Below are positions 1 through 9,855 of a DNA stretch of 64,000 nt, piece by piece. The translations under genes and the position numbers were made by a program. Below the pieces are notes generated by a model. That model saw only the letters and a list, made by a program, of their open reading frames with translations. It had not been told where the DNA came from and ran no database searches. This stretch comes from Thermoproteota archaeon (GTDB taxonomy: Archaea > Korarchaeota > Korarchaeia > Korarchaeales > Korarchaeaceae), in the NCBI GenBank assembly GCA_027491395.1, contig JAOZFI010000036.1:32001-96000 (forward strand), read 5' to 3'. Every line of letters starts with the position of its first letter. Position 1 is the stretch's first letter.

Positions 1-8
1 GGGCATTC

Positions 9-380
9 GTGGAGACCATGATACTGGTGAGCAGGGATGATAGTGGCCTCTCGGATCGAGTCAGGGAGATCCTCAAGGAGGCTAGAAACTACGGTAAAGA
101 GGCTCATATAATGATATTCGTAACTCCAACGTGTCCTTACTGCCCGAATCAGGTCCTCCTAGCCAATAAATTTGCCATAGAGTTAAAAGGACAGATCGAG
201 GCAGACTGCGTAGAGGCATACGAGAATCCCGACCTGGCTGATATGTTCCATGTCTCTGCCGTTCCCCATAACGTGATAACCGTGAGAGACAATGGTAAGG
301 AGATACCAAAGGAGGTCTCTATAGGAGTACAACCGGAGGAGAAGTATGCAATGGATCTGATCAAGGCTCTGAGGGAATAG
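9..380 (+). CDS. Protein disulfide oxidoreductase / thioredoxin-fold protein, C-terminal part (gene probably begins upstream of the window)
   Basis: FVTPTCPYCP redox motif and cis-Pro VSAVP motif of archaeal PDO (GlrX_arch-like) proteins. Confidence 0.8.
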   Translation: METMILVSRDDSGLSDRVREILKEARNYGKEAHIMIFVTPTCPYCPNQVLLANKFAIELKGQIEADCVEAYENPDLADMFHVSAVPHNVITVRDNGKEIPKEVSIGVQPEEKYAMDLIKALRE

Positions 381-383
381 AGT

Positions 384-1295
384 ATGGAGTATCACATCCT
401 CCTCACGAATGATGATGGGCTTCATTCTGCCCCTTTCAGGGCTTTTTGGACTGGTCTAATGGAGAGGAAGATCGGTAAGGTGACCGTTGTTGTCCCCGAG
501 CACGAGATGAGCGCTGCCGGAAAAGGGATAACTCTTCACAAGCCTCTCAGGATAAGGAAGCTTCCTGTAAAGGTTAGGGGTTTCGGGTACAGGGAAGCGT
601 TCACAGTTAGCGGAACCCCTGGAGATGCCGTCACTGTTGCTGTAAAGTACATAATGGACTCAGAACCAGATGTTGTGGTCTCCGGTATAAATGTGGGCGA
701 CAACATAACCTTGGACAACATATTCACGAGTGGTACCATAGCGGCAGCCCTGCAAGGCACGATAATGGGGATAACATCATCCGCATTCAGCGTGGAGATA
801 CCCGCTGGACAGCCCAGCCGCCCGGTGGACAGGTTTCTACCTCAAGCCAGACTAGCAGCAATTATAACGGAGTGGTTGGTTATGAAGGGACTGCCGGAGG
901 GCGTAGATCTACTCAACGTGAACTTCCCTTACAAAATATCAGAGGACACGCCCATAAGGGTAACTAGGCTAGCTAGAATGAAGTTTGAGAACTATGTACT
1001 GGAAAGAATAGATACTAGAGGGAATCCTTACTACTGGTTGGGTGGAAATCCGGTTCCAGTAACTGAGAAGGATAGGGGCACCGATCTTTACGCTCTAATG
1101 GTGGAGAGAGCAGTCTCCATAACCCCCATAAGCTTGGATCTGAGTGTAAGGGAGCTAAACTGTGAAGAGCTGAATAGAAAAAGGAGAAGGGCCTTGGAGG
1201 AGATCTCCTCCTTAGTGGATCAGCTCAAGGGGTATCTCATGGATTTGACCGGAAAACACTCACACGTTCAGGAGGAAGAGACCTCCTCTCTTTAG
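384..1295 (+). CDS. surE: 5'/3'-nucleotidase SurE
   Basis: ILLTNDDG, SGTPGD, VVSGINVG and SGTIAAA SurE motifs. Confidence 0.95.
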   Translation: MEYHILLTNDDGLHSAPFRAFWTGLMERKIGKVTVVVPEHEMSAAGKGITLHKPLRIRKLPVKVRGFGYREAFTVSGTPGDAVTVAVKYIMDSEPDVVVSGINVGDNITLDNIFTSGTIAAALQGTIMGITSSAFSVEIPAGQPSRPVDRFLPQARLAAIITEWLVMKGLPEGVDLLNVNFPYKISEDTPIRVTRLARMKFENYVLERIDTRGNPYYWLGGNPVPVTEKDRGTDLYALMVERAVSITPISLDLSVRELNCEELNRKRRRALEEISSLVDQLKGYLMDLTGKHSHVQEEETSSL

Positions 1296-1688
1296 ATCCC
1301 TTTTCAGCTCACCTTCAAGTTCTATAATCGCAATTTCACACGTCCCTCCGACGTATCCCTCGACAAGATGGCCCGCCACTGTTCTCTCCTTATTCCCCAA
1401 GACCACGTGGATGTGGGCAAAGGGCTTCCCTTCCCTGAGGCTCACATTCCCAGCTAGGGAGGCTAGCTCCATTGGTGTATTCACATCAAAGGTCTCATAC
1501 TCTTCCTTCTCTGGATTGAACACGGCGAGTTTAGCCTTGCTTAACAGCCCTAAGCCAGATAGAACCGCCCCTCCTACTCCAGCTTCAGTGCAGGCCTTAA
1601 TTACTGAGGAGACGACCTCCTCTCCCCGATCTACTCTTATCACATGTACCTTCCTGATGCCGAACGACTTCAACTCAACCACCCGCAC
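1260..1688 (-). CDS. PPC/DUF296 domain protein
   Basis: ELASLAGN, AHIHVVLG and AGHL motifs typical of DUF296. Confidence 0.85.
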   Translation of the reverse strand: MRVVELKSFGIRKVHVIRVDRGEEVVSSVIKACTEAGVGGAVLSGLGLLSKAKLAVFNPEKEEYETFDVNTPMELASLAGNVSLREGKPFAHIHVVLGNKERTVAGHLVEGYVGGTCEIAIIELEGELKRDLKRGGLFLLNV

Positions 1689-2667
1689 TAGTCTGTATGG
1701 GATACATAATAGGGGTAGCCTCCCCGGCCGTGACTATTATGGTAGCATTGGCCTTGGCTATGTCCTTTAACCCCTCTAGGTAGATGACTAGTGGTGCTAT
1801 CTTATCCGGATCGGCTCCCGATCTAACTAGTATGTCTATGGATCTCGCCGTCCCATTGGCTATTATGATCCTAGACTTAGCCTCACCCTCGGCCTCGAGC
1901 ACCTTGGCAGTGGCTGAGGCGTTAGCGAGTATTATGGTCCTGTTCCTGTCATAGTAAGCGGCTATCATCCTCTGCTGAGATGTTAGCTTCTCCTGAATGG
2001 CCTTCAGGAATTCCTCAGGAAGCTTTATGTTCCTGACGTAGACCTCATCTATCACTACACCTCCGCCTGTCGTCTCGTCCTTGGCGAACACCTCTTGGAG
2101 GAAGCTGAATATCTCACCGCTAATCCTGTCCCTAGCTACGGGTACTTCGGCAGCCTCGTACTTGGAGAGAACGTCTCTGGCGATCTTCCTTATCTCAGGT
2201 ATTATCAGCTTCTCCTCGTAGTCCAGAGCTGGGTAAGATTCCACGATCTTTGGTACTGAGCTCGGTATTATGTGCCACCTTACAGTCAGGTCCACCCAAG
2301 CCTGTAGTCCATCTTTGGTGAGCGATTCTATAGCCGGATAGTCTCCTATAGCGCTACCGTAACCGTGCTGGACAGCGTTGACATCGGTCCACATGTGGAC
2401 GGCGTCCGTGGCAATGTAGACCTTCTTGACCGACTGCCAAGGCATCTTGAAGGCGACCTTAGGCCCTATAACTGGCCCCGATATCTCACCTGTGAAAGGA
2501 TCCACTGTCACGGCTGCATAACCCAGTTCAACGGTATATACACTCAGGAAAGAGGCTATCAGCAGGAGGATCACAAGGGCAGCGGCTAACAACACTCTAC
2601 CACTAATTTTAGGCTGGTAGGGAAGTTCAGGCGTGTACACAGGTATCTCGTCGTCTCTTCCAGGCAT
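1675..2667 (-). CDS. SPFH/prohibitin family membrane protein
   Basis: N-terminal TM helix; TKDGL..VDLTVRW, VYVRNIKLPEEFLKAIQEK and AEGEAKS coiled-coil segments. Confidence 0.85.
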   Translation of the reverse strand: MPGRDDEIPVYTPELPYQPKISGRVLLAAALVILLLIASFLSVYTVELGYAAVTVDPFTGEISGPVIGPKVAFKMPWQSVKKVYIATDAVHMWTDVNAVQHGYGSAIGDYPAIESLTKDGLQAWVDLTVRWHIIPSSVPKIVESYPALDYEEKLIIPEIRKIARDVLSKYEAAEVPVARDRISGEIFSFLQEVFAKDETTGGGVVIDEVYVRNIKLPEEFLKAIQEKLTSQQRMIAAYYDRNRTIILANASATAKVLEAEGEAKSRIIIANGTARSIDILVRSGADPDKIAPLVIYLEGLKDIAKANATIIVTAGEATPIMYPIQTSAGG

Positions 2668-2741
2668 CTTTCAGCTCCCACTATAGTGAGGTATCTCGTC
2701 TTTTAAGTTAGCATGCAGATGGGGCGTTATGGATGTGAACG

Positions 2742-3503
2742 CTAACCGTGGTAAGGGAGACCCTTCTCTTCCTCCTCCGGTTTATACTCGGCTCCTTCAC
2801 TGAGCTTTATTTCTTCCTTGATTACCTCTTCCGCCATCTCCGCTTCCCTCTCCAACTCCTCTAAGTCCATATTCAGGCCATACAGAGCATCGATTACCTC
2901 CAATACCATCTTAGACGCCTTGGGATCGGGAAAGGCGCCGCTGGTAGTTCCGAGGAGACAGGCGCTCGTTAACCCCCTGAGATCAGCGAGCCCAACTAGG
3001 AGACCAGCTGCTCCAGTCACATAACCGCCGGTTAGGGGCTTGACACCAATAGACTCCAAGACCTTCATGAAGTCATCGTCGTTAGTGCAGGCGAAGACCC
3101 CCGTCACATCGGGCGATCCTGGGACATACCCACCCATGGTAATGATCCTGGTAACCCCTAACTCCTGTGCGAAGTCCAGCACGAGTTCCCCTATCTTGTA
3201 CTGGCCGAAGGCGATTGGCTGAACCTCGGAAGTGAGCACCAAAATGTCATTCTCAGATCCCTCAACTAGGTAGATCTCGTAAGTAGGTGGTTGTATATCA
3301 TCCCCCTCAACCCTCACACCGGAGGATCCATCCGGTAGGGGCAGGTAATCGCTGTAGATGACCGCTATCTTCTTGGCTTCGAACTTTCTAATGAGATAGC
3401 TGGCGGCTATCTTCCCCACTAGACCTAGCCCCGGGACTCCCTGTATCAGGATAGGATTCCTCGGCGCCACTTCCTCTAGTCTCACTAGTTCAACGTATCC
3501 CAC
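2742..3503 (-). CDS. Proteasome assembly chaperone (PAC2) family protein
   Basis: GVPGLGLVGKIAA, ITMGG, GAAGLL and PDPKAS motifs; C-terminus YHG. Confidence 0.85.
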   Translation of the reverse strand: MGYVELVRLEEVAPRNPILIQGVPGLGLVGKIAASYLIRKFEAKKIAVIYSDYLPLPDGSSGVRVEGDDIQPPTYEIYLVEGSENDILVLTSEVQPIAFGQYKIGELVLDFAQELGVTRIITMGGYVPGSPDVTGVFACTNDDDFMKVLESIGVKPLTGGYVTGAAGLLVGLADLRGLTSACLLGTTSGAFPDPKASKMVLEVIDALYGLNMDLEELEREAEMAEEVIKEEIKLSEGAEYKPEEEEKGLPYHG

Positions 3504-3568
3504 AAAGGCTCCCCATCAGGAAGCCCTTAACTCAATATTAAACAATGAGGCCTACCTCTGGGATACCG

Positions 3569-4912
3569 ATGCAATACGTGGTCGTGGGGCATGGCACAGC
3601 CGGGCAAACAGCTGCAGCCGTTTTGAAGAAGGTAGATCCGGATTCGGAAGTTTACGTATTAGAAAAGGGAAAACACGTCTCAATTCATCCGTGCGCCTTA
3701 CCTATGGTCTTGGGAGGCAGACTACCTCTGGAAGCGGTCATAGAGACGGCACCAAAGGGGAGGATCAACGTGCTGCTCAGATCAGAGGCGAAACACATTA
3801 ACTTGGAGAATAAAATCCTTATCTTTGAGAGAGATGGTGAGACAGACGAGATACCCTACGATCGGCTGATAATAGCTACCGGGCTCAAACCCATATTCCC
3901 CAAGGTCGAGGGCATTGACCTAGAAGGGGTCGGAACCGTGTGGGACGTCGAATCCGTCGAGAGGCTTAGTAGAGTCTTGGGAAATAGGGTGGTCGTGGTT
4001 GGTGGTAGTGCCACGGGAATAGAGGTCGCAGCAGAGCTAGCTAGGACTGGCCGAGATGTAACTCTAATAGAGGCTATGGGACAGCTCATGCCCGGGAAGA
4101 TAGATCCCCCAATAGCCTCATCCGTAGCCAAGGCGCTAACCGACATGGGAGTCGAGGTAAAGCTGAAGACGCCCATGACCAAGCTGGAGGGATCAGGCGG
4201 CAGGCTCCGATACGTTGTAACCCCTGCCGGGAAGATAGAGGCCGAAACGGCCGTGGTCGTCATAGGTGCCAAGCCTAATTCAGATTTAGCTGCTGCATCA
4301 GGATTGAAGATAGGCGGCACGGGTGCCATCAAGGTGGACGAATATCTCTTCACATCCGACCCTCATGTCCTCGCAGCAGGCGACGTCGCTGAGGTGAGGG
4401 ATTTCGTAACGGGTCAGCCGACTGCAACCGGCCTGGCATCAACAGCTCTTGTTCAAGGTAGAATAGCGGCTGAGAACGCAGCAGGCCTTAAAATCAGATA
4501 CAAAGGAGCCCTTTCCCCATATTTGGTCTCTGTGGGTGACTACTGGTTCGGCGGGGTCGGTATATCGGCTAGTAAGGCGGAAAAACTCGGGATGGAATAC
4601 AGGGCATTCAGATTTGCTGGATCCGACCTCCCGAGATACATGCCTGAGAGGGACAGGTTTGTGGTGTGGCTGGTGACCGATCCCAAGGGAAAACTGTTGG
4701 GCGCTCAGGTCTTCGGGAGGAGGGGGGTGAGGGAGAGGGTAGTCTTCCTGACAGCCGCCATTTACGCGGGCTTTCATATACAGGACATGAGACTGATGGA
4801 GTTCGCTTATCAGCCAGAGGTATGTGACCTATTAGATCCAGTTGCAGTGGCTGCGGAGGGGATGAGCAGGAAGTACCGGCTATTGGAATCTACCAGTGAC
4901 CAGCTTGGCTAG
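3569..4912 (+). CDS. FAD-dependent pyridine nucleotide-disulfide oxidoreductase (CoA-disulfide reductase/NADH oxidase family)
   Basis: VVVGHGTAG FAD motif, single redox Cys in HPCALP, ATG and AAGD motifs, C-terminal dimerisation domain; start moved to ATG 3569. Confidence 0.85.
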   Translation: MQYVVVGHGTAGQTAAAVLKKVDPDSEVYVLEKGKHVSIHPCALPMVLGGRLPLEAVIETAPKGRINVLLRSEAKHINLENKILIFERDGETDEIPYDRLIIATGLKPIFPKVEGIDLEGVGTVWDVESVERLSRVLGNRVVVVGGSATGIEVAAELARTGRDVTLIEAMGQLMPGKIDPPIASSVAKALTDMGVEVKLKTPMTKLEGSGGRLRYVVTPAGKIEAETAVVVIGAKPNSDLAAASGLKIGGTGAIKVDEYLFTSDPHVLAAGDVAEVRDFVTGQPTATGLASTALVQGRIAAENAAGLKIRYKGALSPYLVSVGDYWFGGVGISASKAEKLGMEYRAFRFAGSDLPRYMPERDRFVVWLVTDPKGKLLGAQVFGRRGVRERVVFLTAAIYAGFHIQDMRLMEFAYQPEVCDLLDPVAVAAEGMSRKYRLLESTSDQLG

Positions 4913-5143
4913 CAGCCCTCCGGGCCTCTGGCCCACCCAGTAAACTTCCTTATCTAGCAATCTAGCTAAGAAAGCGATTAGAGAGGTATCTGGATCCGAG
5001 CAACCGCCATCAATCACCACGGAGTCGACGCTTAGAATGGTTTTAACGACTTCTTCCCATCCCTTATCAGTCTCTATCGGAACTCCATCGGGAAGGGAGT
5101 AACATCTAGGGAGATAGGCAATCTTATTAGTCATTAATCTCAC
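4880..5143 (-). CDS. Small hypothetical protein (alpha/beta fold)
   Basis: Overlaps the stop of the upstream DUF354 gene on the same strand; protein-like composition. Confidence 0.55.
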   Translation of the reverse strand: MRLMTNKIAYLPRCYSLPDGVPIETDKGWEEVVKTILSVDSVVIDGGCSDPDTSLIAFLARLLDKEVYWVGQRPGGLLAKLVTGRFQ

Positions 5144-6161
5144 CCAAGATGGAAGCGATTACATTCCTAGGATCCTCAAGGGCAAGCAACATATCTCTCG
5201 TGTCCACGATGAAGGAATCAGGATCCTTGAGTATGTTCGTCACGAGACGCTCGGCTTCCTCCAACTTCCTAGATCTCCAGATAGGAAAACCCCTCTCCCT
5301 CAGATACTCGTTGACATACAATCTCACATCAAGAGGAAATACAGATATGGAGGGAGTCCCCAAGAGAGCTGCCTCCCGTGCCATGGTTCCCCCACCAGTT
5401 ATCACTAGGGAAATCTTGCTAAAGAGATCCAGAGTGTCAACAGCGCCCCTTAAAACTAAGAGCCTTCCCTCCCTGAAGGCTCTCATTTTACTGAGTTCCT
5501 CGACTTGACTCTCGTACCTCGGTTTGACTATAACCTCCGCTCCCATCTCTAATACAACCTTTACGAGTTCCAGCGCTATAGACTTACCCCTCCCTAGCAA
5601 ATAGGAGGCGCCACTCTCCTCAGGCCTTATAAATACCTTGAACTCCCTGCTCTCAGGCAGGGTCGATAGAGCGTAATCTCTTACCCAAGCGACCTCATCC
5701 ACGCCAGCATAAGAGATCAAGGAGTCCTTAGAAGCCCCTAATCTAAGCATCTCATTCTCCGGGATGGCTTTTGGATAAACGACTCTCCAAGATAAGGGAA
5801 AGGTCAGCCTAGCGACGTGATACGAATGGGGTGTGTCATTCATGGTGACGGCCTTGATAGAGAGGCCGAAAGCCACTCTAACAGCCTCAGGTGAGGAGAA
5901 AGATATCAAAACGTCTGGGTCAAAGTCCATGACGGTATCTAGCAGTAGTCTAACTCTCTCAGCGTAGGATAGGAGCTTATCCTTGAGCCCCCCGATGGCA
6001 TACCTCCCCACGACCTTATGCCTGCTCCCCAGCTTCTTCAGAAGGGATGCTGGCTCCCCCAACCCCTTTACGGTTATTAGGTAGTCTGAATTCAGGAAAG
6101 ATGCTATGGCCGTCATCAATCTGGCCTGTTTGGGAGTTATGACATCGAGCCAAACCTTCAT
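5127..6161 (-). CDS. DUF354 family glycosyltransferase-like protein
   Basis: MKVWLDVITPKQ N-terminus, SFSSPEAVRVAFGL and GGGTMAREAALLGTPSIS. Confidence 0.85.
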   Translation of the reverse strand: MKVWLDVITPKQARLMTAIASFLNSDYLITVKGLGEPASLLKKLGSRHKVVGRYAIGGLKDKLLSYAERVRLLLDTVMDFDPDVLISFSSPEAVRVAFGLSIKAVTMNDTPHSYHVARLTFPLSWRVVYPKAIPENEMLRLGASKDSLISYAGVDEVAWVRDYALSTLPESREFKVFIRPEESGASYLLGRGKSIALELVKVVLEMGAEVIVKPRYESQVEELSKMRAFREGRLLVLRGAVDTLDLFSKISLVITGGGTMAREAALLGTPSISVFPLDVRLYVNEYLRERGFPIWRSRKLEEAERLVTNILKDPDSFIVDTRDMLLALEDPRNVIASILGEIND

Positions 6162-6544
6162 CCAGAACCTTCCTTCCCTGATTCCCTTTTTAGGGACTCC
6201 AGTGTTATTTCAAGGAACGAGAGACCCTCATCAAGAAGCTTCCGTCCTGATTCGGTTATCTCGTAGTAATTTCTCATCTTACCCGTATCTTCGCCCTTCC
6301 TCTTTGACATCTTCACATATCCCTTGGATTTGAGGGACCTCATCACTATGTACGCAGTTACTCTAGCCGGTCTCCACCCGAACCTCTCCTCTATTAGATC
6401 CGATATCTCGTAAGGATATGCCGGTCTCTCTCTGAGAATGGATAGCACGTATAACCAGAGATTCTCCTTCGTTAGCTTGTCTTTCAATCTCTGAAGGGGT
6501 GCGGGGAGCCTACCCGACGTACTCCGCGGACTCATCCATCTCAC
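6158..6544 (-). CDS. PadR family transcriptional regulator
   Basis: wHTH pattern LWLYVLSILRERPAYPYEI...RNYYEITESG. Confidence 0.85.
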   Translation of the reverse strand: MRWMSPRSTSGRLPAPLQRLKDKLTKENLWLYVLSILRERPAYPYEISDLIEERFGWRPARVTAYIVMRSLKSKGYVKMSKRKGEDTGKMRNYYEITESGRKLLDEGLSFLEITLESLKRESGKEGSG

Positions 6545-7277
6545 CGTGTCCTCCTAGTTCTTCCCTGATCCTGCGTTCTATTTCCTTTATCAACTCACTC
6601 TTTATCCTTTCTATCTCCTCTATCTGCTTGTCTATCATCTCAAAGTCCAAGCCCAACGAGAAGGTCTTGTCCAAGACCTCAAGCACCCCTTTCGCTGCCT
6701 TGGGATCCGGTGAATAATCAGGAGCCACTCCACTCAGTACCACGCTGTTTAATCCCCTTATTTTGGCCATACTCAACATCGAACCAGCTAGACCGATAAC
6801 GGATTTGATCAAGCTTTCCTTAAGGGCACCAGCACCCAAAAACCTACCCAGTAGTTCCTCATCGTCGCCGAAAGCTAGGACCTTACCAGCATAGTTCTCG
6901 TCTACGAAACCCGTCACCACCACCGTCTTAGTGACCCCCATCCTATCGAGGATCTCCAAGACCTTGCTCGCAACTTCCATTCCCCCCCATGGAACCGGCT
7001 GGACATCGCTGGTCACTAAGGCTATTGATGGATCTTTAGCTTGAAACACAGATATTGACGGGAGTGTGAATCTCCCCCCCTCGAGCACGGAAATGCCCAC
7101 CATGTTGTTGGGGAACATGAGGTACTCCGAGTAGATCTTGGCTATTGGAACCGGATCTAAATTCTTTATTAGGTAAGTTATCACTTGCTCACCGACATTG
7201 GCCATACCAGGGAATCCAAGCACGGCCACATCGGCCTTTAAAGGCTCAGAGATCTCTTTGACTTTCATCCATCCCAT
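6510..7277 (-). CDS. Proteasome assembly chaperone (PAC2) family protein, second paralog
   Basis: GFPGMANVG, SDVQP and PDPKAA motifs; C-terminus YVG. Confidence 0.8.
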   Translation of the reverse strand: MGWMKVKEISEPLKADVAVLGFPGMANVGEQVITYLIKNLDPVPIAKIYSEYLMFPNNMVGISVLEGGRFTLPSISVFQAKDPSIALVTSDVQPVPWGGMEVASKVLEILDRMGVTKTVVVTGFVDENYAGKVLAFGDDEELLGRFLGAGALKESLIKSVIGLAGSMLSMAKIRGLNSVVLSGVAPDYSPDPKAAKGVLEVLDKTFSLGLDFEMIDKQIEEIERIKSELIKEIERRIREELGGHGEMDESAEYVG

Positions 7278-7340
7278 TTCCCTTACCCTTCCCCTAAGGG
7301 AGGGGGCGACGTATTAAATAAGGGGCAGTTCAAAAATCGT

Positions 7341-8639
7341 ATGAAAAAGGTAATGCTCATCATCTTGGATGGTTTGGGTGATAGGCCTCATCCTTCATTA
7401 AAGCACTTGACGCCCCTCCAAGCTGCAGAAATACCGAACATGGATCTCATGGCATCTAAGGGTCTGTTGGGTATGCAGTATCCTATAGCTCCGGGAATCC
7501 CCCCGGGGAGTGATACCGGGCACCTCTCCCTGTTCGGCTACAGCTTAGACGAGGAGTACCCAGGGAGAGGGATATTTGAAGCCTTGGGAGAGGGTATAAC
7601 GCCGAGAGGCGGCGTCGCTTTCAGGGCCAACTTCGCCACAGTCTCCGAGAGGAACGGTGAACTAATAGTGGAAGATAGGCGGGCCGGGAGGATATCTGGT
7701 GAGGATGCTGAGATCTTAGCCTCTGAGATATCCAGAATGAGCCTCTTAGGGGGTGAGGTAGAGGCCGAGTTCGTGCATACCTTGGAGCATAGGGGCTTCC
7801 TCATCCTGAGAGGGGAGGGCCTTAGTAGTCAAGTAACCGATGTTGATCCACATGAAGAGGGATACCCGGTTTTAGAACCCCTACCTATTGAAGAGGAAGC
7901 GATTAAAACAGCCAGAGCTCTAAAGGAATTCCTCATAAGATCTCACGAGATCCTTAAAGGGCATGAAGTCAACAGGAGGAGAGTTAGAGAGGGTAAATCG
8001 CCAGCAAACTTCATATTGCCAAGAGGAGCCTCGGAATCGGTTAATCTGGAGAGATTCAGTGACAGATGGGGGTTTAACCCTGCAGCAGTAGCCGCCGGTC
8101 CCATGTACAAGGGAATAGCTAGGGCCTTGGGTTTCGAGGTGCATCATCCAGAGGGGGCCACGGGACTACCTGATTCCAATTTCCATGGAAAGATCAATGA
8201 AGCGCTGGATCTCTTGGGGGAGTTCGACTTCGTATATGTGCACATGAAGGGCACAGACGTTGCATCTCATAGGAAAGACCCCAAGTTAAAGGTCGAGGTC
8301 TTGGAAAGGATAGACGAGGCCTTGGAGCAGATCATAGATCCCCCTGAAGATTTACTAGTGGTGATCACGGGAGACCACGCTACTCCCTGCCTGCTGGGCA
8401 AGCACAGCGGAGATCCCGTTCCAATCCTCTTCTTCGGGAAGGATCTGCCTAGAGATGACGCTTCCAACTTCCACGAACTGGACGCATCACTAGGAGGAGC
8501 GGGTTGGTTCCTTGGAGGAGACCTGATGAAGCTGATTCTGAACTACTCGGATAGGTCTCTGGAGTACGGCCTGAGACCATTACCTAAGAGGAGATGGTAC
8601 ATACCAAGGAGGGAGGAACTTGTTCCCTTCAGGATTTAG
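7341..8639 (+). CDS. apgM: 2,3-bisphosphoglycerate-independent phosphoglycerate mutase (archaeal type)
   Basis: ILDGLGDRP, PGSDTGHLSLFGY, HMKGTDVASH and TGDHATP motifs. Confidence 0.95.
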   Translation: MKKVMLIILDGLGDRPHPSLKHLTPLQAAEIPNMDLMASKGLLGMQYPIAPGIPPGSDTGHLSLFGYSLDEEYPGRGIFEALGEGITPRGGVAFRANFATVSERNGELIVEDRRAGRISGEDAEILASEISRMSLLGGEVEAEFVHTLEHRGFLILRGEGLSSQVTDVDPHEEGYPVLEPLPIEEEAIKTARALKEFLIRSHEILKGHEVNRRRVREGKSPANFILPRGASESVNLERFSDRWGFNPAAVAAGPMYKGIARALGFEVHHPEGATGLPDSNFHGKINEALDLLGEFDFVYVHMKGTDVASHRKDPKLKVEVLERIDEALEQIIDPPEDLLVVITGDHATPCLLGKHSGDPVPILFFGKDLPRDDASNFHELDASLGGAGWFLGGDLMKLILNYSDRSLEYGLRPLPKRRWYIPRREELVPFRI

Positions 8640-9619
8640 TCCCACAGATCTCTATCCTTTCTTACCTTTTCCAGATTGAGCGGCCGAACTAAGTCCCGGT
8701 GAAGGAAAGTAGATAACTCTTTCTTGAACTGGCAGGCCTTACACACCTCCGCCGTGGTTGGTTCACCGCACACGCGGCATCTCCTGAGCTGTACATCTGA
8801 TGATAACCCATGGGAGATCAGAGAGAAGGTCTGAAGTGCCTTAACCTTGGTACCGGGGATGCGGTCTTCCAAGTCATCAATCTCCCTCCTCACACCTATC
8901 CTCATCCCTTGGGTGAAGGGACACTTCCCTAGATGGGCGGGGATCTTTTTGGCCACAACTAGAGTAGCGACTTCCCTCTCATAGACCATCTTCAGCGGTC
9001 TGACTCTAGGTACAAGCCCCTCCTCCATCTTTCTCTCATGCCTGAGAGTCTTCACTAAGGCGTTGATATCTCCCCTCGACAGGTTCATCGCCGCCGTCTG
9101 GACCAGATCATCGAGGTTGTGTCCCGTCACAACGACAGTAGCCCCTATCTCCCTAGCAATCGCGTTCAAAGCTTGTCTCCTAAGGACTCCACAGTAGGTA
9201 CATGGACTTCTCTTCCAGTTGACAGGAAGTCTGAAATCCAGCTCTTCTATGGATAGACCATGAATCTCCTCCATTGTATACGTCCTATGTCTCACCCCGA
9301 GCTCGTTAGCCAGTCTCTCAGCGAGCTTCACGGAGGCCTTCCTGTAGAAGGTCCCTTCATCTACAGTAACAGAGAGTAGGCTAAGCTTCATGTCCGGGTG
9401 AGCGTCAGCGAACTCCTTTGTGAGGAGAAGAGCAAGGGAACTGTCCTTTCCCCCAGAGTGAGCTATCATCACCTTGTCCCCTGCTATTAGCTCCCCCTTC
9501 AAGACCTGCCAAGCTCTCCTCCTCACGGACTTCATAAGACAGTCGGCGCATACCGATACCCCCTTACTGTGATCCGTGTACACGGCCTCATTGAAGCCGC
9601 AAAGGTCGCATTTCCTCAA
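8636..9619 (-). CDS. tRNA 2-thiolation protein, TtuA/NcsA family
   Basis: N- and C-terminal Zn-finger CxxC pairs, PP-loop SGGKDS, CTYC plus KCPF Fe-S ligands, TGHNLDD. Confidence 0.9.
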   Translation of the reverse strand: MRKCDLCGFNEAVYTDHSKGVSVCADCLMKSVRRRAWQVLKGELIAGDKVMIAHSGGKDSSLALLLTKEFADAHPDMKLSLLSVTVDEGTFYRKASVKLAERLANELGVRHRTYTMEEIHGLSIEELDFRLPVNWKRSPCTYCGVLRRQALNAIAREIGATVVVTGHNLDDLVQTAAMNLSRGDINALVKTLRHERKMEEGLVPRVRPLKMVYEREVATLVVAKKIPAHLGKCPFTQGMRIGVRREIDDLEDRIPGTKVKALQTFSLISHGLSSDVQLRRCRVCGEPTTAEVCKACQFKKELSTFLHRDLVRPLNLEKVRKDRDLWD

Positions 9620-9846
9620 CGATCCTCCCCCGAGCTCTCCCTAGGGCTCTCATGGTAAGTTATCCTTAACCATGTGATCACATCTCCTTCCTCCAAGTAG
9701 GAATCATCAGCTTTCGGCTCTCCGTTCACCAAGAGGAGGGTGCTCCACTTGCTCACACCAAGCATCTCATAAAGGTCACCCACCATAGTATTCCACGGCA
9801 GTTCTACTTCTCTACCGACTAGGAACACTTTAATGGTCCCCTTCAT
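9616..9846 (-). CDS. ThiS/MoaD (TtuB/SAMP-like) ubiquitin-fold protein lacking the C-terminal Gly-Gly
   Basis: Beta-grasp pattern LLVNGE...LEEGDVI; stop overlaps the TtuA start. Confidence 0.75.
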   Translation of the reverse strand: MKGTIKVFLVGREVELPWNTMVGDLYEMLGVSKWSTLLLVNGEPKADDSYLEEGDVITWLRITYHESPRESSGEDR

Positions 9847-9855
9847 ATATCCCCG

